Assembly: GCA_963817955.1 (NCBI GenBank)
Contig: CAWFQK010000002.1
Location: 256,001 to 320,000 of the forward strand
Direction: 5' to 3'
DNA length: 64,000 nucleotides
From: an uncultured Gemmatimonadaceae bacterium
GTDB lineage: Bacteria > Gemmatimonadota > Gemmatimonadetes > Gemmatimonadales > Gemmatimonadaceae
Positions 45,857-54,134 of the stretch are shown here, in pieces. Within the stretch, counting starts at the first letter, position 1, and every line of letters starts with the position of its first letter. A program made the position numbers and the translations under genes. The notes beneath the pieces were generated by a model that was given only the letters and a program-made list of their open reading frames with translations, made no database searches and had not been told where the DNA came from.

Positions 45857-46374
45857 TGCCCGAGAGTCTATATAAGGAAGTGAGCGACGGCGTCCGCCGC
45901 GCCCTGGACTTCGCCCTCACCAACGTGGGGGTGTGCGAAGAGCCCCCTGGCTCGAACCGCGGGCCCGAAATTGACGCCTGGGCCCGCGAGTTCGGCTCTC
46001 CACCAGGGTCCTTCTGGTGTGCACTCGCCGTAGCCAAGGCCCGCAAGATGGGGAATCTTTGGATTCCGCAGGGTAGCGCCGGCTCGTGCGACGAATGGAT
46101 ATACCAGGGGCGTCATGCTGGCGTCATGTCGAACCTGCCACAGCCCGGCGCGGCCGTCGTCTACACGAACAACAAGCGCCTCACCCAAGGCCGCTACGCC
46201 GGCCAGCTCGACGCGGTCCACATTGGGCTCGTCCTCCGCCTCACCCCCAAGCTCCTGTCCATCGAGGGCAACACCACACTCGGCAAGTATGATCGCGAGG
46301 GCTACGTGCAGACGCTCAAGGAGGTAGACCCCACCCGGGTGCTCGGCTTCATCCTGCCGGAGAAACCAGCATGA
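45853..46374 (+). CDS. CHAP-domain peptidoglycan hydrolase (putative endolysin)
   Basis: VGVCEEPPGSNRGPEID, FWCALAV (Cys), PQPGAAVVY, HIGLV (His), SIEGNT; no signal peptide. Confidence 0.88.
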   Translation: MMPESLYKEVSDGVRRALDFALTNVGVCEEPPGSNRGPEIDAWAREFGSPPGSFWCALAVAKARKMGNLWIPQGSAGSCDEWIYQGRHAGVMSNLPQPGAAVVYTNNKRLTQGRYAGQLDAVHIGLVLRLTPKLLSIEGNTTLGKYDREGYVQTLKEVDPTRVLGFILPEKPA

Positions 46375-46973
46375 AGCCAACACTTCTCATCATGACAACG
46401 ACCAACCGCCGGTGGCTCCCCGCCACCGGCGGTGTGGTCCTGGTGCTCGTCGCACTCGCATCGTGGATGCATCGAGCCAACCGCTCGTCGCTGGACGCCA
46501 CGCTTGCAGCACATGAAGAGCGCGCTCGGAACGCCGCGGCGGCAATCCGCGACGCGAAGTCCGCCGCGGAATCGGCAGGCAAGCAGGAGTCGGCCTACGT
46601 GCAGACCGTATCAATAGAACGGGCCCACGCCGGCGCAGTGCGCGTCCGCGCGGACTCGGTGTTCGCTGTCGCGCAAGTGCTGGATACGGCGTTCCGTGAG
46701 GCCTACGTGCTGCGTGACAGCGAAGCCATTGCGTTGCGCGTCCTCGCGGCGGCGCAGGACAGCGCACTGACGTGGGCCGACACGCGTGCAGTCTCGCTCT
46801 CGACGGCGCTCGACATCAGCGAAGTGCGGGCGGCGGACGCCGAGTCGCTGTTAGTGGTGGTCCAACGCAACGCCAGCGAGCAGTGCCGCATCGTGCGAGT
46901 GGTTCCGTGTCCGTCACGACGGGTGATCGCGGTATTGAGTGGGGCAGCGGTGTGGTTGGCGTTGAAGCGGTGA
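46371..46973 (+). CDS. Spanin-like membrane-anchored coiled-coil protein
   Basis: N-terminal TM, long Ala-rich helical region, C-terminal CRIVRVVPCPSRR plus hydrophobic tail; ATGA overlap with the endolysin. Confidence 0.5.
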   Translation: MKPTLLIMTTTNRRWLPATGGVVLVLVALASWMHRANRSSLDATLAAHEERARNAAAAIRDAKSAAESAGKQESAYVQTVSIERAHAGAVRVRADSVFAVAQVLDTAFREAYVLRDSEAIALRVLAAAQDSALTWADTRAVSLSTALDISEVRAADAESLLVVVQRNASEQCRIVRVVPCPSRRVIAVLSGAAVWLALKR

Positions 46974-46979
46974 TAACAG

Positions 46980-47051
46980 GACACGGGACACGGGACACGA
47001 GAAACTCACAACGCACAACTCACAACTGGAAACTCGAAACTCGCCGACCGG
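46980..47051. repeat. Second copy of the composite heptamer element
   Basis: GACACGG-GACACGG-GACACGA-GAAACTCACAACGCACAACTCACAACTGGAAACTCGAAACTCGCCGACCGG, near-identical to the core at ~4573-4630. Confidence 0.85.
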
Positions 47052-47091
47052 TGGGCCGCCCGTTACCGAGCAACAAGCGACCCTCCTCATA

Positions 47092-48744
47092 CTATCTCGG
47101 CTCCGCCGCGCGAAGCTCCAGAACGGTCATTCGCGTATTCATGTGCACGCTCGCCATGGCGGCATCCACGTACGAGCCGCTGCGGTACGCCTGCACGGTG
47201 ATCTGCCCCTCGAAATGCTTAACGCACATCTGGAACTCGCCGTTGCTCCCGGTGATGTATGCCGCGGCCGGATCCAGCGAGAGGCCGCGAAGGACGCTCA
47301 CGACGACAGCCCGCATCGGCGCGCCGCCACGATCGAGCACTCTCCCGGCGACCAGCTGGTAATTCCGTCGCGCGTTCTCGCGTGACATAAGGCATGCGTC
47401 GGCCATGTAGTCGTCGATCGACGGCAATGGCATGGACACGCGCACGAGCGAGTCCCGCACGATCCTAACCACGGTGGTGCTGTCTCGGATCATGCCGAAC
47501 GCGCGAAACGGAGCATCCGTCAGCGCGACGCGATAGGAGCCGGGAAAGATCCCCGTGAGATCGACCGTGCCCAGGGAATCGGTCGTCGCACCGTATGGCG
47601 TACCGAGAAGCCTCATATGGATGCCGGCGCGTGCGTCACCCGAATCACTCGGGATTATCACCGCGTGGAGTTCCCCAAGCGGACCCTTCCACGTGCCACC
47701 GTCGGGCCAATCGGCGCGGGCGAGCTCGCCGCCCACTTCGCGTGCGACGAGCGCTGGGCGGACGACGGGACCGCGCGGCTGGTGGACGGTATCCTCGACG
47801 ACGTCGGGCATCCTCAACGTCCACTGTGTCACGAGGACCGTCCCATTCGGCATGTCGCGAAGAGCGACGCTGCCACCGGGGGCGATTTGCCGCAGTGCGG
47901 GAGCGAGCCCGTCGTAGGAGAAGTCGATCCGATCCAGTCGGCGATGGACCGTGTCCACCCAGAAGGTGCCCTGAATCGCGACCACGTTGCGGCGGTGTTC
48001 CGCGGGCGCGAAGGCCAAGCCGAGCTCGCGCACATCACGATCCGTCGAGCGAACCACGCGAAAGCAGTAACCACGCGCGAAGGCATCGTCGGCCAGGACG
48101 CCGGCGTCAGGCCCGAAGAAGAGCACCTGGTCTCCGCTTCGGCCGGTGAAGCCGGAGTCCACGAGCTGCGATGGCGTACGTGGCGCCGCGAAGGGATTGG
48201 CGGTGGCCGTAGTCGAGTCGAGCGTGACGGCCTGATCCTGGATCGAGCCGTCGCGAAGCCGGCGCTCGAAATGGATGCGGAGCAGGCGGGGACGCGCATC
48301 GTGTCCCGCCACGTCCGCGGCGAGGAGCGCCGCGCGCACCTGCTCCCAGAGCGCCACAGCATCGTGGTCTCCCTCTCTCCGTGCACAGCGGGCGTTGGTG
48401 CGCGACTGCACCGGCGCGAGAAGGGTCGGCAGGCGGAGTAGCGACACGCGTACGACTGTGCCGGAGTCGGCCACACGTGCGATCTCGCGGGGCGCGTAAC
48501 CGATACGCAGCACGCGGAGCTTGGCGACGGCGGCGTGCGAGACCACGAACTCGCCGGTCGTCGCCGTGAGCACTCGTTCGAGTGGCGTCCGCAACGAGTC
48601 GAGTGCGACCACGACGGCGCCGGCCAGGGGCGCGCCGCTCACGCTATCGACGACACGGCCACGGAATTGCTGGGCCGGTGCATTGGCGGACGCGAGGACG
48701 AGGATCATCGCGGCAGCACGTACGATACGGCGGCTGGGCGGCAC
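47092..48744 (-). CDS. Secreted carboxypeptidase-regulatory-like domain protein
   Basis: Signal peptide, QFRGRVVDSVSGAPLAGAVV, LRIGYAP, further GRVLD and TTDSLG repeats. Confidence 0.8.
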   Translation of the reverse strand: MPPSRRIVRAAAMILVLASANAPAQQFRGRVVDSVSGAPLAGAVVVALDSLRTPLERVLTATTGEFVVSHAAVAKLRVLRIGYAPREIARVADSGTVVRVSLLRLPTLLAPVQSRTNARCARREGDHDAVALWEQVRAALLAADVAGHDARPRLLRIHFERRLRDGSIQDQAVTLDSTTATANPFAAPRTPSQLVDSGFTGRSGDQVLFFGPDAGVLADDAFARGYCFRVVRSTDRDVRELGLAFAPAEHRRNVVAIQGTFWVDTVHRRLDRIDFSYDGLAPALRQIAPGGSVALRDMPNGTVLVTQWTLRMPDVVEDTVHQPRGPVVRPALVAREVGGELARADWPDGGTWKGPLGELHAVIIPSDSGDARAGIHMRLLGTPYGATTDSLGTVDLTGIFPGSYRVALTDAPFRAFGMIRDSTTVVRIVRDSLVRVSMPLPSIDDYMADACLMSRENARRNYQLVAGRVLDRGGAPMRAVVVSVLRGLSLDPAAAYITGSNGEFQMCVKHFEGQITVQAYRSGSYVDAAMASVHMNTRMTVLELRAAEPR

Positions 48745-48864
48745 TGGTCGTCGCTTAGTGGTTTGTAAATGAAATGTCGATAGTATGCATGTTACTGCCG
48801 GTCAAGAACTCACAACGTCAGGATGAAGCTGAGCATGTCGGCCGGTCCCCCCCCGTCCAACCCC

Positions 48865-49815
48865 TCAGAAGTGATACATGAAGTCGAGATACGGAAGCCC
48901 AATTCCGACGCTGGACGTTCCGCTTCCAATCGGTCGAAAGACGGCCAGGTCCACCGTTATCTTCTCGCCGAAAAATCGAACCCCTCCGGACAAGAGCTGC
49001 ACGCTGCTCACGGCCACCAGATAATTCTCACTCACAATGCCGATGTGCTTCGACAACCGTCGCTCGCCGCCCAGCATCAGCACCGGCTGGCTGGCGACGT
49101 GGCTGCCGGCGAAACCGTAGCCGAGTCCCGCGGTGACGCTCGCGTCAGCCGATCCGTATGTGCCGGCAGCGTAATAGAGGCCGAACGTGTTCAGCGATTC
49201 CGTGTCCGAGCAGCAGCCAGGAACTCGCACCGCCAACACGCCGGCGGCAACGTCCACGTTGTTGTGCGAATAGAGCCGAACCTTCGGCGTCAAGTAGAAG
49301 AGTTCCTTGTCGAGCCCGATTCCGGGGACCGCCGACAGGCCCCCGCCAATGCTGAACCAGTCGGTGACCCCCACCGCGAATCCGGGAAAAAAGATGTAGT
49401 AGTCGGCGAAGTAGGTCTCGCCGCGCTTCAACATCTTGGCCGTGGGCGCGAAGAGGAGCCGCGTCGCGTTCGGATTCACCGGCCAGTATTCGCCGCCGTG
49501 CATGTCGCCCGAGACGAACCGGACGTCCGCGATGTTCGCGACAGGAATGTCGAGCGTCCCCACGGTCGCTTCCACATGCACGCTGCCTGGTCCAGTGCCG
49601 ACGATGCGGCCGAAGAGCACGGTACCGTCGCGGAGGGTGATCTGCTGGGTCTGCCCGGGCAGTGCAATTGGAAAGCGGTCTCGCGTTGCGGTCGCCACGG
49701 TGTCCTGCGCCTGGACCGTGACCGGTGCGGCACCGAAAGACACGGCGATGAGCAGCACGGCAACGACCCATGAGGTCCTGCATCGACACGAGATTCTGCA
49801 CATGTACGAAGTCAT
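48865..49815 (-). CDS. Hypothetical secreted/outer-membrane protein
   Basis: Signal peptide ..VQAQD; ITLRDGTVLFGRIV; TRLLFAPTAKML..GE.Y; alternating beta strands; terminal Phe. Confidence 0.7.
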   Translation of the reverse strand: MTSYMCRISCRCRTSWVVAVLLIAVSFGAAPVTVQAQDTVATATRDRFPIALPGQTQQITLRDGTVLFGRIVGTGPGSVHVEATVGTLDIPVANIADVRFVSGDMHGGEYWPVNPNATRLLFAPTAKMLKRGETYFADYYIFFPGFAVGVTDWFSIGGGLSAVPGIGLDKELFYLTPKVRLYSHNNVDVAAGVLAVRVPGCCSDTESLNTFGLYYAAGTYGSADASVTAGLGYGFAGSHVASQPVLMLGGERRLSKHIGIVSENYLVAVSSVQLLSGGVRFFGEKITVDLAVFRPIGSGTSSVGIGLPYLDFMYHF

Positions 49816-49999
49816 GAGACCTCTCTGCGTAGTCGCGAAGAGCCGGCATGGCTTCCTCACCAGTCCGCTTTCACTCGACCGTATCATAGACCGCGCTGTC
49901 CGGTAGCGCCAGCATGGGTGTACGCCGGCTTTTCGCTACCGGCGCGCGCGTCGGTCCAAACCGTGCGTGTCGCGCACATCGGTACCAACTGGAGAGCCT

Positions 50000-50551
50000 A
50001 TGATTCGCCGAATGTTTCTTGCCGCTACGATGGTCGCGCTCGCCGCATGCTCACATAACGTCAGCGTGCGCACACAGGCGGCGCCCGGTTTCAGCGTTGC
50101 CGGCCGTACGACGTTCCGTGTGCTGCAGGCGCCGTCGCCAGTAGGAATCGTGAATAGCAGCGCGTACGATCCCATGCTGGCAAACTCGATCACGAACCAG
50201 GCGCTGCGCCGCGACATCGTTCGCGCCATGGAGGATCGTGGCTATCAACTCGCCACCGACGCCCCTGCGGACCTCGATGTTGCGTTCTACGCTGCGGCGC
50301 AGGAGGCATTGGACATTCATACATACGACTATGGCTACACGTGGCACGGATGGCCGCGCGAATATACAGAGGTCACGAACTACGAAAAGGGAACCGTGAT
50401 CGTAGATCTCGTCGACCCGAGGACCCGCCAGTTGCTATGGCGTGGTCAGGGTGTGGCGGCCGTGTCGACGGATCCGAACAAGTACGTCAACGAGCTCGAC
50501 AAAGTCGTCAACTCCATCGCCAAGCAAATCCCAACGGCAGGATCACGCTGA
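50000..50551 (+). CDS. DUF4136 domain lipoprotein
   Basis: Lipobox LAAC; RGYQ..ADLDVAF; YEKGTVIVDLVD..LLWRG. Confidence 0.85.
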   Translation: MIRRMFLAATMVALAACSHNVSVRTQAAPGFSVAGRTTFRVLQAPSPVGIVNSSAYDPMLANSITNQALRRDIVRAMEDRGYQLATDAPADLDVAFYAAAQEALDIHTYDYGYTWHGWPREYTEVTNYEKGTVIVDLVDPRTRQLLWRGQGVAAVSTDPNKYVNELDKVVNSIAKQIPTAGSR

Positions 50552-51256
50552 GTGAGCGTCTGCCGGCCGGGTGCGCGACGCTGAACCGCTCCCGGCCGGC
50601 GCTTCCTCAGTGCCGGCACGGACGATCGGCCTGCTGTCGCCAAGACTGGTCGCGGTAAAGTCGCGGAGGTCCGTCAACATCTGGTTCACGCGGCGGCCGG
50701 AGTTCACTACTCCGGTGACGAGCACGAGTTGGTTCTCGCTGAGCCCCCCGGTCTCCAGCAGGAACTGCCCCGACGTGATGACCGCACTCAGCGTCGATCG
50801 CAGATCATGACCGAGCATCGTGAGCAAATGCTGCCTGGTCTGATCGATATCGTGTGTGTAGCGCGAGAACGACTCGACGATCGCTTGATCGATGGCTTCG
50901 TTGAACCGGATCATCTCGTCGAATTCTGCTTCCCCGACAGTCCGCCACTGCCTGGCCCATAGTCGCATCACGCTCGTACGCAGGGCCAGAAACTCGGACA
51001 CCGTTTGCCTGACGGAAGAGCTGCCTTCTTGCCTGACGGAAGAGCTGCCTTCGGTCCGCAGCGATACATGATCCGATGCTGCCCCTGCCTGCGGCCTCTC
51101 CAGGTCGCCCGCGATGCCTTCGAGGGTCGCCTTTGCGTGATCGCGGGGCGCCGAAACATCCGGCAATTCCCCCGCTGGAAGCCCGCGGGCGAGCGTTTCC
51201 CACTCGGCAGCGATCTCTTCGATGTGTTCGCGGATGAAGTGCGAGAGCCTGGGCAT
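50543..51256 (-). pseudogene. RsbRD-N plus HisKA sensor kinase fragment lacking the ATPase domain
   Basis: RLSHFIREHIEEIAAEWE, SEFLALRTSV, RFNEAIDQAI.ES, LGHDLRSTL; ends before N/G boxes; internal 24-bp duplication at 51005-51052. Confidence 0.7.
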
Positions 51257-51389
51257 GAGTGCCGGTGTGTTGGGGGGGACGACGGGAACGCCATCTATTT
51301 CCGCGAATCGCGCGCCGGGTTTCCCGAAATTCCGCAACGCGCCTATGTTCACTCCAACGACACCGAGCGCCGCCACACGGAACCAGGTT

Positions 51390-54068
51390 ATGACAACACT
51401 CACACCGCCAAGCCCTGCTGGTCCTGCGGCTGCCGCGTCCGCTGCCGATTCGAAGCTCGGCAACCTCGCGTACCTCGACGCCGCGGACGTGCTGGCAGCG
51501 CTCCAGACGACGCGCGAAGGCTTGACGGATAGCGAAGTCGAAGCGCGTCGCGCGCGGTACGGCAGGAATGTCGTGGCCCACGAGAAGCCGCCGACCTGGT
51601 ATGCCGCGCTCGCGCATGCGTTCGCCAACCCCTTCAACTTTCTCCTCACCATACTTGCCGTGGTCTCCGGTGTCACCGGAGGCCTCGAAGCGACGACCGT
51701 GATCGGTGTCATGGTGGTGTTCAGTACCGGGCTCCGCTTCGCCCAGGAATTCCGCTCGAGCAAGTCGGCGCAGGCGCTTCGGGCCATGGTGCGCACGAGT
51801 ACGGCAGTCGAACGCGCCGGGGACGAATTTCCCGCGGACAGCACACCGGCCATGCGCCGGCGGGAAGTTCCAATGGACGACCTGGTGCCTGGAGACATCG
51901 TGTACCTGTCCGCCGGCGACATGATGCCGGCGGACGTTCGGCTCATTGCGGCAAAGGACCTTTTCGTGGGTCAGTCGTCGCTCACTGGCGAGGCGATTCC
52001 AGTCGAGAAGCTCGATCGCGCTCAGCGCCCGGATGTCGTTCCGCCCCTCACGGATCTTCCGACGATCTGCTTCATGGGCACGAGCGTCGTGAGCGGCACG
52101 GCGACGGCGGTCGTCGTCGCCACGGGCGGATCCACGAGCTTCGGACGGCTCGCGAAGAGCCTCACCGGACGCCGTGCCGAGACCGCCTTCGACGCGGGCG
52201 TGCGCAAGGTGAGCTGGCTGTTCATTCGGTTCATTGTCGTGATGGTGCCGATCGTGTTTCTGCTCAATGGCCTGAGCAAAGGCAATTGGGTGGAGGCGTT
52301 GCTGTTCGGGCTCGCCGTGGCCGTGGGGCTCACGCCCGAGATGCTGCCGATGATCGTGACGACCAACCTTGCAAAGGGGGCCGTCACGATGGCGCGGCAC
52401 AAGACGGTCGTGAAACGGCTCAATGCCATTCAGAACTTCGGCGCCATGGACGTGCTCTGCACGGACAAGACCGGAACGCTCACGCAGGACAAGGTCGTCC
52501 TCGAGCAGCACGTCAACGTCGTGGGCGAAGAAGACGAGGCCGTGCTGGCGCTCGCTTACCTCAACAGCTTCTATCAGACAGGACTCAAGAACCTGCTCGA
52601 CGTCGCGGTGCTCGACCATGCCGAGCTTCAGACCGAGCTCGCGGTGGACCGCGCCTACGGAAAGGTTGACGAGATCCCCTTCGACTTCACTCGACGGCGC
52701 ATGTCCGTGGTGGTCGATCACGAACACCGTGACCACCAGCTCATCTGCAAGGGAGCCGCGGAAGAGATCCTGGCCATCTGCAAATTCGTGCGCGATGAGG
52801 GCGCGCAGTTGAGTGACACCGAGTGCGTCGTCGAACTGACCGGCGACCGCCGGGACGACGCCAAGGAACTCGTGGCCGATATGAACGAAGACGGGTTTCG
52901 CGTCGTTGCGGTGGCGTACCGCGAATACCCCACGACTCATGGGGCGTACACGATCGCCGACGAGACCGACCTCACCCTGGCGGGCTTCATCGGCTTCCTC
53001 GATCCGCCGAAGGAGTCTGCCGCGCCGGCGCTCAAGGCGCTCGGGGCCCATGGCGTGGCCGTCAAGATTCTCACCGGCGACAACGATCTCGTCACGCGGA
53101 AGATCTGCCGCGACGTCGGCCTCGACGTCGGCCGTATCGTGCTGGGCAGCGAGCTTCAACACCTCGACGACGCGGCCCTGGGCGCTCTGGCGAGCGAGCA
53201 CACCATCTTCGCCAAGCTGACCCCCGATGACAAGACTCGCATCGTCCGCTCCCTGCGGAATCGCGGCCACACGGTGGGATTCATGGGCGACGGCATCAAT
53301 GACGCCGGCGCACTCCGGGAAGCCGACGTCGGCGTGTCCGTCGATTCCGCGGTGGACATCGCCAAGGAATCAGCCGACATCATTCTCCTCGAGAAGAGTC
53401 TGATGGTGCTCGAGGAAGGGATCATCGAGGGACGACGCACGTTCGGCAACACGGTCAAGTACATCAAGATGACCGCCAGCTCGAACTTCGGAAACGTGTT
53501 CAGCGTGCTCGCGGCCAGCGCGTTCCTGCCGTTTCTGCCCATGCTACCGATTCAACTTTTGACGAACAATCTGCTATACGATATCTCGCAAACGTCTATC
53601 CCGTGGGACGACATGGATCCGGAATACCTGTCCGTGCCGCGCCAATGGCGCGCCGACGACATCGGCCGGTTCATGATGTACATTGGTCCCATCAGCTCCA
53701 TCTTCGACATCGCGACGTTCGTGCTGATGTGGTACGTGTTCAGGGCCAACGTTCCCGCCCGGCAATCGCTCTTCCAATCGGGCTGGTTCATCGAGTCGCT
53801 GCTCACGCAGACGTTGATCGTGCACATGATTCGCACGGCGCGCGTTCCATTTCTCCAGAGCCGCGCGGCCACCCCCGTGCTGCTCCTGACGAGCGCCATC
53901 ATGGCGTGCGGTCTCGCACTCCCCTTCTTGCCCCTGGGCCGGAGTCTCGGACTCACTGCCTTGCCGGCGAGCTACTTCGCCTGGCTCGTCGTGATTCTGC
54001 TCACCTACTCGGCGCTGACCCAACTCGTGAAAGGGTGGTACATTCGGCGGTTCAGCACGTGGCTGTGA
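51390..54068 (+). CDS. mgtA: Magnesium-translocating P-type ATPase
   Basis: LTGEA, GLTPEMLPMIV, phosphorylation site DKTGTLT, GDGIND, KYIKMTASSNFGN, LFQSGWFIES. Confidence 0.96.
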   Translation: MTTLTPPSPAGPAAAASAADSKLGNLAYLDAADVLAALQTTREGLTDSEVEARRARYGRNVVAHEKPPTWYAALAHAFANPFNFLLTILAVVSGVTGGLEATTVIGVMVVFSTGLRFAQEFRSSKSAQALRAMVRTSTAVERAGDEFPADSTPAMRRREVPMDDLVPGDIVYLSAGDMMPADVRLIAAKDLFVGQSSLTGEAIPVEKLDRAQRPDVVPPLTDLPTICFMGTSVVSGTATAVVVATGGSTSFGRLAKSLTGRRAETAFDAGVRKVSWLFIRFIVVMVPIVFLLNGLSKGNWVEALLFGLAVAVGLTPEMLPMIVTTNLAKGAVTMARHKTVVKRLNAIQNFGAMDVLCTDKTGTLTQDKVVLEQHVNVVGEEDEAVLALAYLNSFYQTGLKNLLDVAVLDHAELQTELAVDRAYGKVDEIPFDFTRRRMSVVVDHEHRDHQLICKGAAEEILAICKFVRDEGAQLSDTECVVELTGDRRDDAKELVADMNEDGFRVVAVAYREYPTTHGAYTIADETDLTLAGFIGFLDPPKESAAPALKALGAHGVAVKILTGDNDLVTRKICRDVGLDVGRIVLGSELQHLDDAALGALASEHTIFAKLTPDDKTRIVRSLRNRGHTVGFMGDGINDAGALREADVGVSVDSAVDIAKESADIILLEKSLMVLEEGIIEGRRTFGNTVKYIKMTASSNFGNVFSVLAASAFLPFLPMLPIQLLTNNLLYDISQTSIPWDDMDPEYLSVPRQWRADDIGRFMMYIGPISSIFDIATFVLMWYVFRANVPARQSLFQSGWFIESLLTQTLIVHMIRTARVPFLQSRAATPVLLLTSAIMACGLALPFLPLGRSLGLTALPASYFAWLVVILLTYSALTQLVKGWYIRRFSTWL

Positions 54069-54134
54069 CGAGAGGATGACGGCGGACGCGGGGGCCCCTA
54101 TTGGCGTGGGCTCACCGCGGTAGATTGCGAGGCG

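Noticed and set aside
39000..47000. Intact prophage, tailocin or gene transfer agent
   Set aside because: No capsid, terminase, portal, tail, integrase or replication genes recognisable
51257..51389. mgtL-like proline-rich leader peptide or Mg2+ riboswitch upstream of mgtA
   Set aside because: The upstream ATG is in frame with mgtA with no separate stop, and I could not identify an M-box-like structure
50805..53270. Long antisense ORFs (821 aa here; also 452-1663, 1680-2984, 62054-63727 and others)
   Set aside because: Shadow ORFs opposite well-supported genes, expected in high-GC DNA; no motifs
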